A stretch of 47,909 nucleotides of DNA, counting the filler, from Catajapyx aquilonaris (taxonomy: Eukaryota): NCBI GenBank assembly GCA_000934665.2. It is 2 parts of 2 records of this genome, joined end to end, with 100 filler letters (N's around TTAATTAATTAA, not from the genome) between each part and the next. Parts side by side here need not be neighbours in the genome. Positions count along the whole stretch, not along the records: positions 24,001 to 47,909 come from JYFJ02005606.1; 1 more part is not named here. One strand, 5' to 3'. The position numbers and the translations under genes were made by a program. Each line of letters starts with the position of its first letter. Position 1 is the first letter of the stretch. Positions 24,994-37,286 of the stretch are shown in pieces. The notes beneath the pieces were generated by a model. That model saw nothing but the letters and a program-made list of their open reading frames with translations. It made no database searches and was not told where the DNA came from.

Positions 24994-26965
24994 TTATTTT
25001 GTTGCATTAGATGTTGAAGTAATGGAATCGTCTGGTTTTTCAGCTTCTTTGAACTGAGCCAAAACTATGAGGTATGTGGTAACTGCTCCAAGTACCTGCA
25101 AAGTAAATAAATCGTGACAGACTAAGTTATGTATAGGAACAATATTATTTACCGACAATGGCCAACTCACAGATGTCAACAGACTTCGATTGACGGTGAA
25201 ATAATTGGCTGCAGTTATCTCCATGTGAGGACCCGTCATCCTCCTCATCAATGACTTCATCTGAAATGACGTTACATGAAGTAATTGCCTGCTACGTAGA
25301 ATAATGCTCCAGATAATTCAACATTTGTACTGGCGAATCTGGAGTATGCAATGTTACAGTGCTCTTACATCTGTTTTGATTCGGGTGTTGACCACTTGAC
25401 GATACGCATTAATGAGATCTGGCAATGAATGTGTGCTCTGAAAATGTAACATAATTTTGGTTTAGTTTTATTAAATTAAATTAAATAACGATGATGCCAT
25501 GACCAAATAACACTCTTATAACTTAATGCGACATAATAATTATCATTATTCGTTTGCTGGACGTAAGACTCTACAAGAAATTTGCAGAAAATTTATGGCT
25601 GCAAATTCTAGGCTCTTATTGATTAATATTTTGTGTAACTTAAAGATCATCAATATACAACTGCACTATAAATTATAGCATGTCAGTTAAATGATAATTA
25701 CAAATAAAAAAGCACACTAATTAAAGAGTTTTTTAAAGAGTTTTTTTACAGGTCATGTGGGACATGTCTGCAGATATCATTGATATGTGCTATGGGGCTC
25801 AAATTGTTTTGACCACTTTATCCTGGTCTGGAAGCAACCCTTCACATTCCCACCCACACACACACCTACTCACCGTGGGGCCTGTGCGAAGGGTTGCTTC
25901 AAGACCAGGTTAAAGTGGCCAAAACAAAAAATTACCCTATACATGCCTACATGTGTAACATATACTAATACACCATACCTGACGTGGAATGGATCCCAAA
26001 ATTATAGCAAGAGCAGACACTGAAGACATCATGGTGCAGATTCCAATGCACGTAAACACAGTCATAACAGGATTATAGGCCTTCGACAAAAATAAATAGA
26101 AGAGAGAACTTGTGATCCAAACTATAGATATCAAGAAAATGTTCACAAGAAGAATCCCATAAATATCGTCCATGATGATCACTAAAGGATCCAGTTCATG
26201 GAAAACATCTGCGCAACGGCTCGTTTCCTTAACCATTTGGTGATTATATTGGTCCTCCGTTGTGTTTGCATAAAGAAATGTGCATATTTTTGTAATGTCA
26301 TTGTTGAAGCATTGCAAATGCGACCGGTGAACAAGGGCCGAGAACATTAACTGAGCAGAAATAACGAACAGCAAGAATAAGGAGTGCCATACCAAGAATA
26401 AGAAAAACAACGTGTATGGTTCAAATAATTGCCCTTCAAAAGCGCAATAGACCATGGAATCAGACATAACTAATACAGGATTTAAAATACAAGCTCCCAC
26501 TAGCAACATAGAATATATTCGCAGCTTTCTCTTGCGACTTGTGACTTCCTGCTTTGAGAACCGGATAATTAGTTTCCAAATTTGTCGAAGTTTGGTTTGA
26601 ACGAAGATGTAGCTAATCCACGGGCCGGCCAGTGCAACACCTCCCATAATGAGACAGGTAATCATTTCCGTAGGGCTTGCTTGTAGAGAGTCACTATCAG
26701 TCCACTCCGGAAGTGGATACATACAGAGTATGATGGTGTAAGTGAGAAGTAAAAAGAAATGCACCATTGTTGGCCACCGCCTCAGCAACCTCCACTTCAA
26801 ATCCTCCTCTTTCTTGGGCCACGGAAAAGGAGCGATTCCTCCGACCACTGACAAGATGGCCACTGGTCTCAACACTTCCCAAAATGCATCGTCCTTCTTT
26901 GCATCATCTTCTGTCTTGATCATCTCCTCCACGGCAATGACCTTCCTCGACATTCCTCCAAACAT
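24994..26965 (-). CDS. gustatory receptor family (7tm_7) gene GR-A, 415 aa; exons 26965-25979, 25437-25369, 25260-25171, 25095-24994
   Basis: Hydrophobic multi-TM exon 1 ending GSIPRQ|gtatgg. Exon 2 STHSLPDLINAYRQVVNTRIKTD; exon 3 MKSLMRRMTGPHMEITAANYFTVNRSLLTS; exon 4 VLGAVTTYLIVLAQFK..., carrying the GR TYhhhhhQF signature. All introns GT-AG, phase 0. Confidence 0.92.
25790..25925. mobile_element. short MITE of the 3317-4104 family in GR-A intron 1
   Basis: Same TIR core; absent from the paralogous GR-C intron. Confidence 0.82.
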
Positions 26966-27161
26966 GGCTTAACAGCAATAGACTTGGCGAAATAAAGGCT
27001 ACTTTAGTTGAGTAGTAGCCTACCGTAATGTTGGTGTGTCTCGTAAAATGACTTCACCTTGCGACTGACTTTGGTTCTGTTATTTCAGGATTCCGTTGAG
27101 ATCACCATGTAAATGGTGTGGACACGAATGCCTATGGCGTGACCTCCAAGCTGCAAATGAA

Positions 27162-28626
27162 TCTTCTTAATCTATAAATGAGGAGAGTTTGTTTGTTTGT
27201 CCCTTATAGAAATCCAGGGGAAAGCCCCTACACCGCCTTAAATTAGCATATCGGGGGTTACATTTTTCAAGGAATTTAATGCCGCATGTTTCAGCTTCCG
27301 AAAATGAACCTAACTCCCACAACACGCATATTCCCGAATCTTCTCACTTCTCAGGCCTTAACAATTAACTTACATAAACATAAACTATAACAATAAGTTA
27401 TATCGATTCACATTCCCATGGAAATGCCCTTATGCAATAATACCGCCTAGAAAATTAAAGCATTGCCGTAAATTCAACGCATCCACCAATTACGCTAATT
27501 GGCCACCTCACGTGAGTTCGTATCGTATGGTCATTCCGGGATTTTGTGGGATTTGCAACTAGACTTCCAGACAAAAATAAGTACAATAAAATATCAGTAA
27601 AACTTCCATAAGTCGAACTTCCCTAAGTCGAAGAAAATGATGAGCTTGGTTGGTCACAATGTAAAAGAATAGGAAATAAACTTCCCTAACTCGAATTTCT
27701 ATAACTCGAAGTTCTCCATAACTCGAAGTAGGCAGGGTCTCACGATGGGATGTCAATGCATTTTCAGTCTCCCTAAGTCCAAGTTCATGTTGGCGAGTAT
27801 ACGGTATTCTCATTTCCCAGCCGAAGGGTAGTGAGTAGGCCACATGTCCAGAAAGGCTCAATTTCCTGATCTCCGTCTACCAGACGTAGCCAAAGAAGTG
27901 TTTGACTCTGTTGAGACAATTGAATCCTTGAATTTAAGAGTAGCCAAATGTCCATAACTGAGATTTTTTTACATCAAAACAATGAGAAACATTGCAAGTG
28001 TGATAGTGACAGTTATTTTTAAGTTTTGAACACCTTTCGTCGCTGGATATAAAGGTAGGCTTCCTTTTAGAGTTAGGTGCTTAAATAATTCCAAATTTCT
28101 CTAACTCGAATTTTTTTCTAGGTCCCATGGAGATTCGACTTATGGAAGTTTTACTGTAATACAGTATTTACAAATATTACTACTAACTACGTGTTGAAAA
28201 CCAAATTTCCCACCATGCATCTGTACATACATTTCTAAATTTCTTCAGAGCAAACATATGGAACGAGATGGGGGTGTGAAGTGGAGTTGGGGGTCAAGGG
28301 GTCAAAAATGCAGGGGGGGGGGNGGGGGAACACATGGCTGTGCAGTCTTTTCCTGGACCAACTCCATCCTCATTCCTCTTTTTACACATGACATCCAATC
28401 AGAATATCTGTGTCGACTATCGCTATAAGACAAGCAGGTTATCTATCACAGATAGTGACAAACTTTGGCTTATTGCAACTTATAAGGCCCATTTTAAGAC
28501 ATAATCAAGCTTCGAGTGTATTGAAGGGAAATTCTTACAAACAAATGCACTTCCTAAAATACTGTATATGTACCCCTACCTTTACCAGCACCCCAACAAC
28601 CCGGGCAACGCCGGGTAACCTGCTAG
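27162..28626 (+). mobile_element. non-autonomous Helitron (1465 nt)
   Basis: 5' TC start (a|tcttcttaatctataaatgaggagagtttgtttgtttg), 3' hairpin cccgggcaacgccggg (28600-28615) then CTAG|t. Inserted between A and T with no TSD; empty site visible in the paralogous copy near 33707. Confidence 0.88.
27595..28156. mobile_element. pogo/Tigger-like MITE nested in the Helitron
   Basis: TIR cagtaaaacttccataagtcgaa ... ttcgacttatggaagttttactg|ta, with subterminal (c/a)taa(g/c)tcgaa repeats. Confidence 0.8.
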
Positions 28627-29862
28627 TTCCAGATAAGAAGGTGTTTTTATGTTGCCATGGCCAGTACCAAGACTTGTACTGTACAGCACATTCGTCAAAT
28701 CTTGAAAAAATGTGCTGCTAAAATATTTTTATTGAGCAAAGTGAGTGGTGCAATGAATATTTCTGCAGTATTTTAACTGGCTTTGAATGCGGCTGCGGCA
28801 TGAAACAGTGTGAAACCGATATGAACATGTGAAATACAGTATAACAATGTATAAACGTTTTGAATACCTTTCTCTCATTCTTAATTTATTCTTGGCCTTT
28901 CAGGTTCATGCCTACTGCTGATCAGCAAGTAATCGATATTGATAATATTATCGATTATTGTAGAGCCGGCCTAGTAATCCTCTTGAAAAAGAGAAACTTA
29001 CTTGAATTAAATTTCACCTTTTCATCTATTATGTACAGTAGTACATGGAACAACAAACATGGATTCCTGGAACACAAATGTCTATATTGGTGAAGACATT
29101 CGTCATTATTAATCCATTCATTAATTATACAAGGGCGCTGGAATAATTTAGTGTTGTAATCAATATGATCATCTGACACGTGGACGTGTAAAGCAATCCA
29201 CATTTTGAAGGTGGCACATAACACACCCACAGCTGCTCCTGCCAATCAACGCTACTATTCCTCTTTATTAAGTGTCCACACCAAAGGGCTCATGATGGAT
29301 AAGGTATCAAAATCTCAACGACATGCGAAATAATTATCCTGACTGTTCAGAGCCGCCCATGAGTCCTTAATGTGCGAAGTCCTGCGTGACATTCAATATG
29401 AAGCATTTCGTTTGTCAAACTGACCAACGAACATCGAAAGCTTGGTCAGACCATAAATAACTTAACAGCCGACAAAGAAAAGAGTGACTTTCATGAGCCA
29501 CATTAATGCCACGTGTTTCCGTCTGAATTAGGTCATGTTAAGTATCGGTAGCCTAATGACCTCCCAGTCAATAGATTCGTCACCACAATGTCATTTATCT
29601 GCTTCACAATCCAGTAGGGTACATTAAACCCATTAAACTGTGAATCAATATGTCATAATGTCCCACCTCTGAATACTAATTTCATTAATAATGGGCAGAC
29701 AAAAATTCCTTTCTGTAGGGATACTCTTATGAACTTTGGAGACACACATGGCAGTTGGAAGAGGTTTCTGGTGTATTCCAATGATTGTGTTTCCGTACAG
29801 AAGGAAAGTGCCAAATGGGGAGACATACACCAGACTCTGCCACTTGGATTGGACAGGAAATC

Positions 29863-30506
29863 ATGTTCAGGGTAAGGTCCAACAGAGTGATTCAGATGGA
29901 GGAAGGAGACCAGCCGGAAGACAATGCGGAGAAGGACAACGCATTTTGGGAAGTGTTGAGACCAGTGGCCATCTTTTCAGTGTTCGGAGGAATCTCTCCT
30001 TTTCCTTGGCCAAGGAAATAGGAAGATTTGAGAGGAAAGTAGCACAGACGGTGGCCAACAATGGTGCATTTCCTCTCATTCGCTACGTAGCTGAACTCAG
30101 TGCTGATCCATTGGATTACTGGGCCAGTGACAATGAAGATAGTCCGACGGGATATGTTACTGAACTCATTTTGAATGCCATGGTTGAATGCTGGTGTACT
30201 CGCAAGCATAGTGGGATCCATTCAAATACAATTGAATATTGATGAGGTCATAATATAAAGAAAGCGATTATTTTTTCCATACATAGGTCTACAGGTTTGA
30301 AAAGATATGGTACTTTCGATGCACTCCGTTTCTACCTCTTGCATTATTGTTCAACTGAGAGTGATATCAATTAATAATATACATTGTGGACTAAACACCC
30401 TGTATGCGCCATGCACTTCCAGAGCACAACGTCCTTGGCTGACCTCATCAGCAACGCCTGTTGTCAGGTTATCAACCCCTTGATCAACCCCCGCATCAAA
30501 GCAAAC
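29863..30506 (+). pseudogene. GR pseudogene (psi-B), decayed copy of GR-D
   Basis: Starts MFRVRSNRVIQMEEGDQ like GR-D. TAG stops at 30019-30021 and 30040-30042, roughly 600 nt deleted from exon 1, exon-1 donor lost (caattg vs caggtg). Exon 2 remnant at 30423-30506 has small insertions; exons 3-4 not seen. Confidence 0.9.
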
Positions 30507-31261
30507 GTAAGTTCATTAGCTTATATTATGATTTTTTAATTACAATTTACACGTGCTGATAATAATCCGCAGTACTGGTAATGCTTTTCTGTCACAATCC
30601 CAATATTACTGTAATTATGATGGAGCAATTTATTTTAATTCCAATCATCTACAACCCCACCCTTTTAAGAATCTTAGGACAACAATAAATACACAATCTC
30701 GCTCACTGCATGTGCATGATTGTCATTTATTTATTATGAAGAGGTTGACTGAGAGATTGTAATTAATGAGCATCAATTAGACACAGTGTGGTTGAAATAT
30801 CGCCACATATTAAAAAATTCTGATGGTTAAAATTAATGTGCAAGTAAAGTTAAAATGTAATAAATGGTTTGAGACATTTTCCCATTTGCAATGTGCACCT
30901 GTAAAAACTGTGAAAAATAATTTGAATGAAATGAAAAAAAAATGATTCAATGAATTGAACACTTCTAGAAATTATTCTGCATTATTGCCATGTTTGATTT
31001 CATACACCACATGGGCCATTCTTATTCTAAGTAGATCCCTCTACCTTGGGTTCACCTGGCTTACGTAGTGTACATTCATACATGTAGTACCTTGGTGCAG
31101 AGCCTCCAGTTGTGTATAATGATTGTACTGTAGCAATGTTGGTGTCGTCCTCTAACCACTCTTCATATGAAAAACTGCTGTGATGGCGACGAGACCATGT
31201 CTAGTGAGCCCATGCATTTGCATTAACTAATGTTGAATGGTGTTACGCTGACTGTCCCTTG

Positions 31262-31334
31262 GACGGGGGCGAATACGCCGGGGGCGAAATTGTCACGCCG
31301 GGCCAATGTGCCGGGGGCGAAAAGTCCGGATACC
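31262..31334. repeat. GC-rich transposon terminal fragment (gggggcgaa x3)
   Basis: Tandem gggggcgaa units ending aagtccggatacc. Confidence 0.45.
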
Positions 31335-31509
31335 CATAATAAGCCAACATTTTGAATAATAATTTAACATATGAAATACAAATAATGGGAAGACATTTGG
31401 CTGAAATATGAGAGCTATGTCAACAATTAATTATCAGGCAAAAGCTTTTATAACGGTGTGTAGGGTTACTCACAGTATACATGAGCATACATTTGCAGCT
31501 TCATTTGAG

Positions 31510-34500
31510 TTAACATGACTGGAATGTAGTACCACGGTCAGAAATTCGTCACGAAAACAAACCAAAGATGTTACAGCTTGTTAGGGAAATTAATCCGTGC
31601 CCTGCTTTTGAGCCACAGAACATTCATGAGCTTCCAACTAATGTTCCTTAAGATACAGTCATCTCAGTAACGGCATTTGTTGCATTAGGAGATGTTGAAG
31701 TAATGGAATCGTCTTGTTTTTCAGCTCCTTCGAACTGAGCCAAAACTATGAGGTATGTGGTAACTGCTCCAAGTACCTGAAAAGTAAATAAATCGTGACA
31801 GACTAAGTTATGTACAGGAACAATTATTTACCGACAATGGCCAACTCACAGATGTCAATAGACTTCTATTGACGGTGAAATAATTGGCTGCAGTTATCTC
31901 CATGGGAGGACCGGTCATCCTCCTCATCAATGACTTCATCTGAAATGACGTTTCATGAAGTAATTGCCTGCTACGTAGAATAATGCTCCAGATTACCAGC
32001 CAATGTTTGTACTGGCGAATTTGGAGTGTGCAATGTTCTTAGGTCTACACTCTTACGTCTGTTTTGATTCGGGTGTTGACCACTTGACGATACGCATTAA
32101 TGAGATCTGGCAATGAATGTGTGCTCTGAAAATGTAACATAATTTTAATTTAGTTTTACGAAATTAAATTAAATACGTACCGATGATGCCCTGACCAAAT
32201 AACACTCTTATAATGCGACTTATCATTATGCAAATTCTAGGTTCTTATTGATTAATATTTTGTGTAACTTAAAGATCTTCAATGTAGTATTCATTCCTGA
32301 CATGCATATTCAACTGCACTATACATTATACCATAATATTATGAGTTAAACGATACTTGCAAACAAAGAAAGCGTACTAATTAAAGAGTTTTTTTACAGG
32401 ACATGTGGGACATGTCTGCAGATATCATTCATATGTACAATGGGAGTGCAGCACACAGGATTATTATTCTTGTGTAAATGAAAATTACTTTATACATGCC
32501 TTCATGTGTAACATACTAATACACCTTACCTGGCGTGGAATGGATCCCAAAATTATAGCCAGAGCAGACACCGAACACATCATGGTGCAGATTCCTATGC
32601 ACTTGAACACAGTCACAACAGGATTGTAGGGCGTCGACAAAAATAAATAGAAGAGAGAGCTTGTGATCCAAACCACAGCTATCAAGAAAATGTTCACAAG
32701 AAGAATCCCATAAATGTCGTCCATGATGATCACCAAAGCACCCAGTTCATGGAAAACATCTGCGCAACGGCTCGTTTCCTTAACCATTTGGTGATTATAT
32801 TGGTCCTCCATTGTGTTTGCATGAAGAAATGTGCATATTTTTGTAATGTCATTGTTGAAGCATTGCAAATGCGACCGGTGAATAAGGGCCAAGAACATTA
32901 ACTGAGCAGAAATAACGAACAGCAAGAATAAGGAGTGGCAGAACAAGAATAACAAAAACCACGTGTATGGTTCAAATAATTGCCCTTCAAAAGCGAAATA
33001 GGCCATGTCTGGAGACATAAACAATACAGGATTTAAAATACAAGCTCCCACTAGTAACATAGAATATATTCGCAGCTTTCTCTTGTGACTTGTGACTTCC
33101 TGTTTTGAGAATCGGATAATTAGCTTCCAAATTTGTCGAAGTTTGGTTTGAACCAAGATGTAGGTAATCCACGGGCCGACCAGTGCAACACCTTGCGTAA
33201 TGAAAGCGGTTATGATTTCCGTAGGGTTTGCTTCTACAGCATCACCATCAGTCCACACTGGAAATGGATACATGCAGAGTATGATGATATAAGTGAGAAG
33301 TAAAAGGAAGTGAACCATTGCTGGCCACCGCCTCAGCAACTTCCCTTTCAAATCCTCTTCTTTCTTGGGCCACGGAAAAGGAGCGATCCCTCCGACCACT
33401 GACAAGATGGCCACTGGTCTCAACACTTCCCAAAATGCACTGTCCTTCTTTGCATCATCTTCTGGCTTGATCATCTCCTCCACGGCAATGACCTTCTTCG
33501 ACATTCCTCCAAACATTGTTTGACAGCAATTAACTTTGCGAAATAAAAGCTTCTTTGGTTCAGTAGTAATGTTGGCGTGTCTCGTCAAAATGTCTTCACC
33601 TTGCGACTGACTTTGGTTCTGTTATTTCAGGATCCCGTAGAGATCACCATGTACGTAAGTGTTGTGGACACGAATGTTTAAGGCATGACCTACAGGCTGC
33701 AAATACATTCCATGTAACATGGTGTTTTTATGTTGCCATGGCCTGTACTGTACAGCCCAGTCGTCAAATCTTGAGAAATGTGCTGCTATTAAATATTTTA
33801 GTAAGCAAAGTGAGTGGTGCAATGGATATTTTTGCAGTATTTTAACTGGCTTTGAATGTCGCTGCGGCATGAAATAGTATGAAACCAATATGGACATGTG
33901 AAATATATTGATAGATCCATGCACACTGTGTATACATGGACCAACAAACCTGGATTCCTGGAACGCAAAATATCTCTATTGGTGAAGACATTCGTCAATA
34001 TTAATCAATTCATTCATGATGCAAGAGCGCTGGAATAATTTATTGGTGTAATCAATATGATCACCTGACACGTGGACGTGTAGAGCAATCCACATTTTGA
34101 AGGTGGCACCTAACACACCTACAGCGGCACATGCCAATCAACGCTACTATGCCTCGTTATTAAGTGTCCACACCAACGGGCTCATGATGGATAAGGTGTC
34201 AAAATCCCAACGACATGTGAAATGTTATCCTGACTGTTCAGAGCCACACATGAGTCCTTCATGTGCGAAGGGCTGCGTGACATTCAATATGAAGCATTTC
34301 GCTTGTCAAACTGACCAACGACCATAAATAACTTAATAGGCGACAAAGAAAAGAGTGCCCTTCATGAACCAAATTAATGCCACGTGTTTCCAGAAGTGAG
34401 TGCTACGTCTGAATTGGGTCACGTTAGGTGGCCTAATGACCTCCCCGCCTATAGATTCGTCACTAGGATGCCATTTATTCCCTTCACAATCCAGTAGGGT

Positions 34501-36000
34501 ACATTAAACCCATTAAACTGTGGATCAATATGTCATAATGTCCCATCTCTTCATACAAATTTTGTCAATAATGGGCAGGAAGAATTCCTTTCAGTATGTG
34601 TACTCTTATGAACTTTGGAGGCACACGTGGGAGTTGCAGGAGCTTTCTGGTGTATTCCGATGATTGTGTTTCCGTACAGAAGGAAAGTGCCAAATGGGGG
34701 AGACGACATACACTAGCTGCCTCTTGGATTGGACAGGAAATCATGTTCAGGGTAAGGTCGAACAGAGTGATTCAGATGGAGGAAGGAGACCAGCTGGAAG
34801 ACAATACAGAGAAGGACAACGCATTTTGGGAAGTGTTGAGACCAGTGGCCATCTTGTCAGTGGTCGGAGGAATCGCTCCTTTTCCTTGGCCAAGGAAAGA
34901 GGAAGATTTGAGAGGAAAGTGGCACAGACGGTGGCCAACAATGGTTCATTTCCTCTTACTCGCTACATACATAGCAGTACTATGTGCTGATCCGTTGGAT
35001 TACTGGGCCAGTGACAATGAAGATAGTCCGACGGGATATGTTACGGAACTCATTTTGAATGTCGTTGTGCTGTGTGTCCCTTGGATTAACTTCATCTTGG
35101 CCCAAGTGAAGGTCCCCCAGATTTGGAAACTGATCCTCCGCTTCTCAAATCAGGATGTGACCAGTCATAGAAGAAAGTTACGGAAGTGTTCTATGCTATT
35201 AGTTGCATCTTGTTTTTTGTTTCCTTTGATAATTATTTCTCATATAATAATCAATAACACACATGAATGGGAGTTATTTGAGCCGTACTCCTTGTTTTTA
35301 ATATTTTTGTTTTGGCACTGTTTTTTCTTACTATTTGTCATTCCTACTCAGCTATTGTTTTTAGTTATTATTCACTGGTCTCGCTTACAGTATGTTAACC
35401 ACAAAATTAGACAAATTTGTAATTATCTCCTTACAAATACCTCCCACCAGTATAACGATGACGCTGTTAGGGGAACAAGTCGTTGCGCTGATATTTTTCA
35501 CGAATTGTGCGCCTTGGTTAACATTATGGACAAAATTTATGGCATATTCTTTATCAACACATTCTTGGCATTCATCGTTTGGATTACAAGTTCTCTTTTT
35601 TATTTACTTCTGTATCCAACCGGTACACCCGCCATTGTGTTAATGTTCCAATTCATTGGAATTTTCTCAATGGCATGTTGTGCTGGTGTACTCGCAAGCA
35701 TTGTGGGATCCATCCAAAGACAGGTGAATATATTAACAAGATAGTATAGAAAAAGGAATTATATTTTTCCATACATTATCCTACAGTATCCTACTTTCCG
35801 ATGCACTTCCGTTTTACCTCTTGCAATATTGTTCAACTGAGAGTGACGTCAATTTTATTTGCATTGTGCACTAAACACACCTGTATGCGTCATACACTTC
35901 TAGAGCACAACATCCTTGCCCGACCTCATCAATGCCTATCGTCAGGTTATCAACCCCCGCATCAAAGCAAACGTAAGTTCATTAGCTTTTATGATATTTA
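31510..36000. repeat. segmental duplication copy 2 (GR-C + GR-D head-to-head pair)
   Basis: Same order and orientation as 24821-30535, but lacks the Helitron and the intron-1 MITE. Confidence 0.9.
31648..33516 (-). CDS. gustatory receptor family gene GR-C, 424 aa; exons 33516-32530, 32125-32057, 31939-31850, 31776-31648
   Basis: Close paralog of GR-A with the same exon 1-3 sizes (987/69/90) and GT-AG phase-0 introns. Last exon VLGAVTTYLIVLAQFEGAEKQDDSITSTSPNATNAVTEMTVS*. ATG placed at MFGG by homology. Confidence 0.92.
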
Positions 36001-36703
36001 TGCTCTTCGTATCCACAAGTCATTAGAGGGACACTCCCCTCACAAAAACAAGTTTAGCTCTAAAAATCGGGCAGAAAATCCTGAATCCGAAAGTGCAATC
36101 CGTTTTTCGCTACGCGGAACGGTAATCCCAGGGCGAGGGGTCAAAGTGGGGTAATTCAAATAGTGCGCTAGAAGCTGGCCCCGCCAGCGACGCCCTCGGG
36201 ACCTTGGGAACTGGAGGGCTGCTCCCGCCTGCCCGCGCGCTTAGGCCAATCCCAGAGCGGTGCAGCCCTTCAGTTCCCCTGTTCCCCGCGTGGCGGCGCC
36301 GCTCATAGGCAGACGACACACTTTGACACCTCGCCCTGGGATTACCGTTCCGCGTAGCGAAAAACGAATTGCACCGTCGGATTCAGGATATTTTGCCCGA
36401 TTTTTAGAGCCAAACTTGTTTTTTGAGTGGAGTGTCCCCTTAAAAGAAACTGCATTATTACGAGTATTATTTCCGTTCAGATGAAGTCACTGATCAGGAT
36501 GATGACTGGTCCTCCCATGGAGATAACTGCTGCCAACTATTTCACAGTCAATCGAAGTCTATTGACCTCTGTGAGTTAGGTTTCACATATGTAAATTTCT
36601 GAGTGTCTCAACATGTCATATTTCGTTCACTTTGCAGGTGGTAGGGGCTGTGACCACATATATAATCGTCTTAGCACAATTCAAAGGATCGGAACAAGCT
36701 TAG
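34743..36703 (+). CDS. gustatory receptor family gene GR-D, 401 aa; exons 34743-35723, 35904-35972, 36481-36570, 36638-36703
   Basis: Exon 1 ends GSIQRQ|gtgaat. Exon 2 STTSLPDLINAYRQVINPRIKAN; exon 3 MKSLIRMMTGPPMEITAANYFTVNRSLLTS; exon 4 VVGAVTTYIIVLAQFKGSEQA*. An in-frame upstream ATG at 34596 exists but is absent from the duplicated copy. Confidence 0.92.
36027..36439. mobile_element. Kolobok-like MITE in GR-D intron 2
   Basis: ttag|agggacactcc ... ggagtgtcccc|ttaa, with about 125-nt TIRs and a GC-rich core. Confidence 0.8.
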
Positions 36704-37286
36704 GATGAGGGCACTGCAACATCGAATAACCCAAGCTGAGGGAAATGACATGCTATAATGCTGTAGTTGTGAGTCTCAAAAGTCATGAGTTGATTGAACA
36801 TTTTTGGCCATGAGCTAAAACAATCCAGCTCTAACCATCGGTTAGGTGTTGCTGGTATCAAGTATGTAAGGGTAAAACCATCGGATATTAAACTATGATG
36901 AATCCATTTTTTCCTACCAGGAAAGTCCACTATGACTTTATGAATCATCTTGTACAATACATTTCCAATTCTAATTGTGTGTGCGCAGCCTTGCCAGAAA
37001 TATGAGACATATATGTCCAATAAAATACGATTTATCACTCGCAAATATCAATAGTGTTATCATGCTGTGATATAAAGAATGCAGATATCAGTAGTTCTTT
37101 GGAGGGTCTTATACTTGAGGCAGTTCAGATATACCATCTCTCGGAGAGAAAGTGATTTGCTTTTGATAGTGTTGGCAAGATTCAAATTCAAGTGAAGCTT
37201 TCTCTTGATTATGGAAATTTAGGCCCCTATTTCAAACACTGCAATGTTATAATTATGTAGAGGAAGAGGCCGACTTTTGTCAGGCC

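Larger units (their letters stand above)
24821..30535. repeat. segmental duplication copy 1 (GR-A + psi-B head-to-head pair)
   Basis: Colinear with 31510-36000 from ttaacatgactggaatgtagtaccacgg through introns, intergenic DNA and exon 2 of the plus-strand gene. Confidence 0.9.

Noticed and set aside
34596..34742. 49-aa N-terminal extension of GR-D; likewise 33517-33588 for GR-C
   Set aside because: The upstream start is not preserved in the duplicated copies, and paralogs all begin at an MF.. ATG.
35801..36484. ORFs of 69-117 aa in GR-D introns
   Set aside because: They run through intron and MITE sequence; only 35904-35972 is exonic, in another frame.
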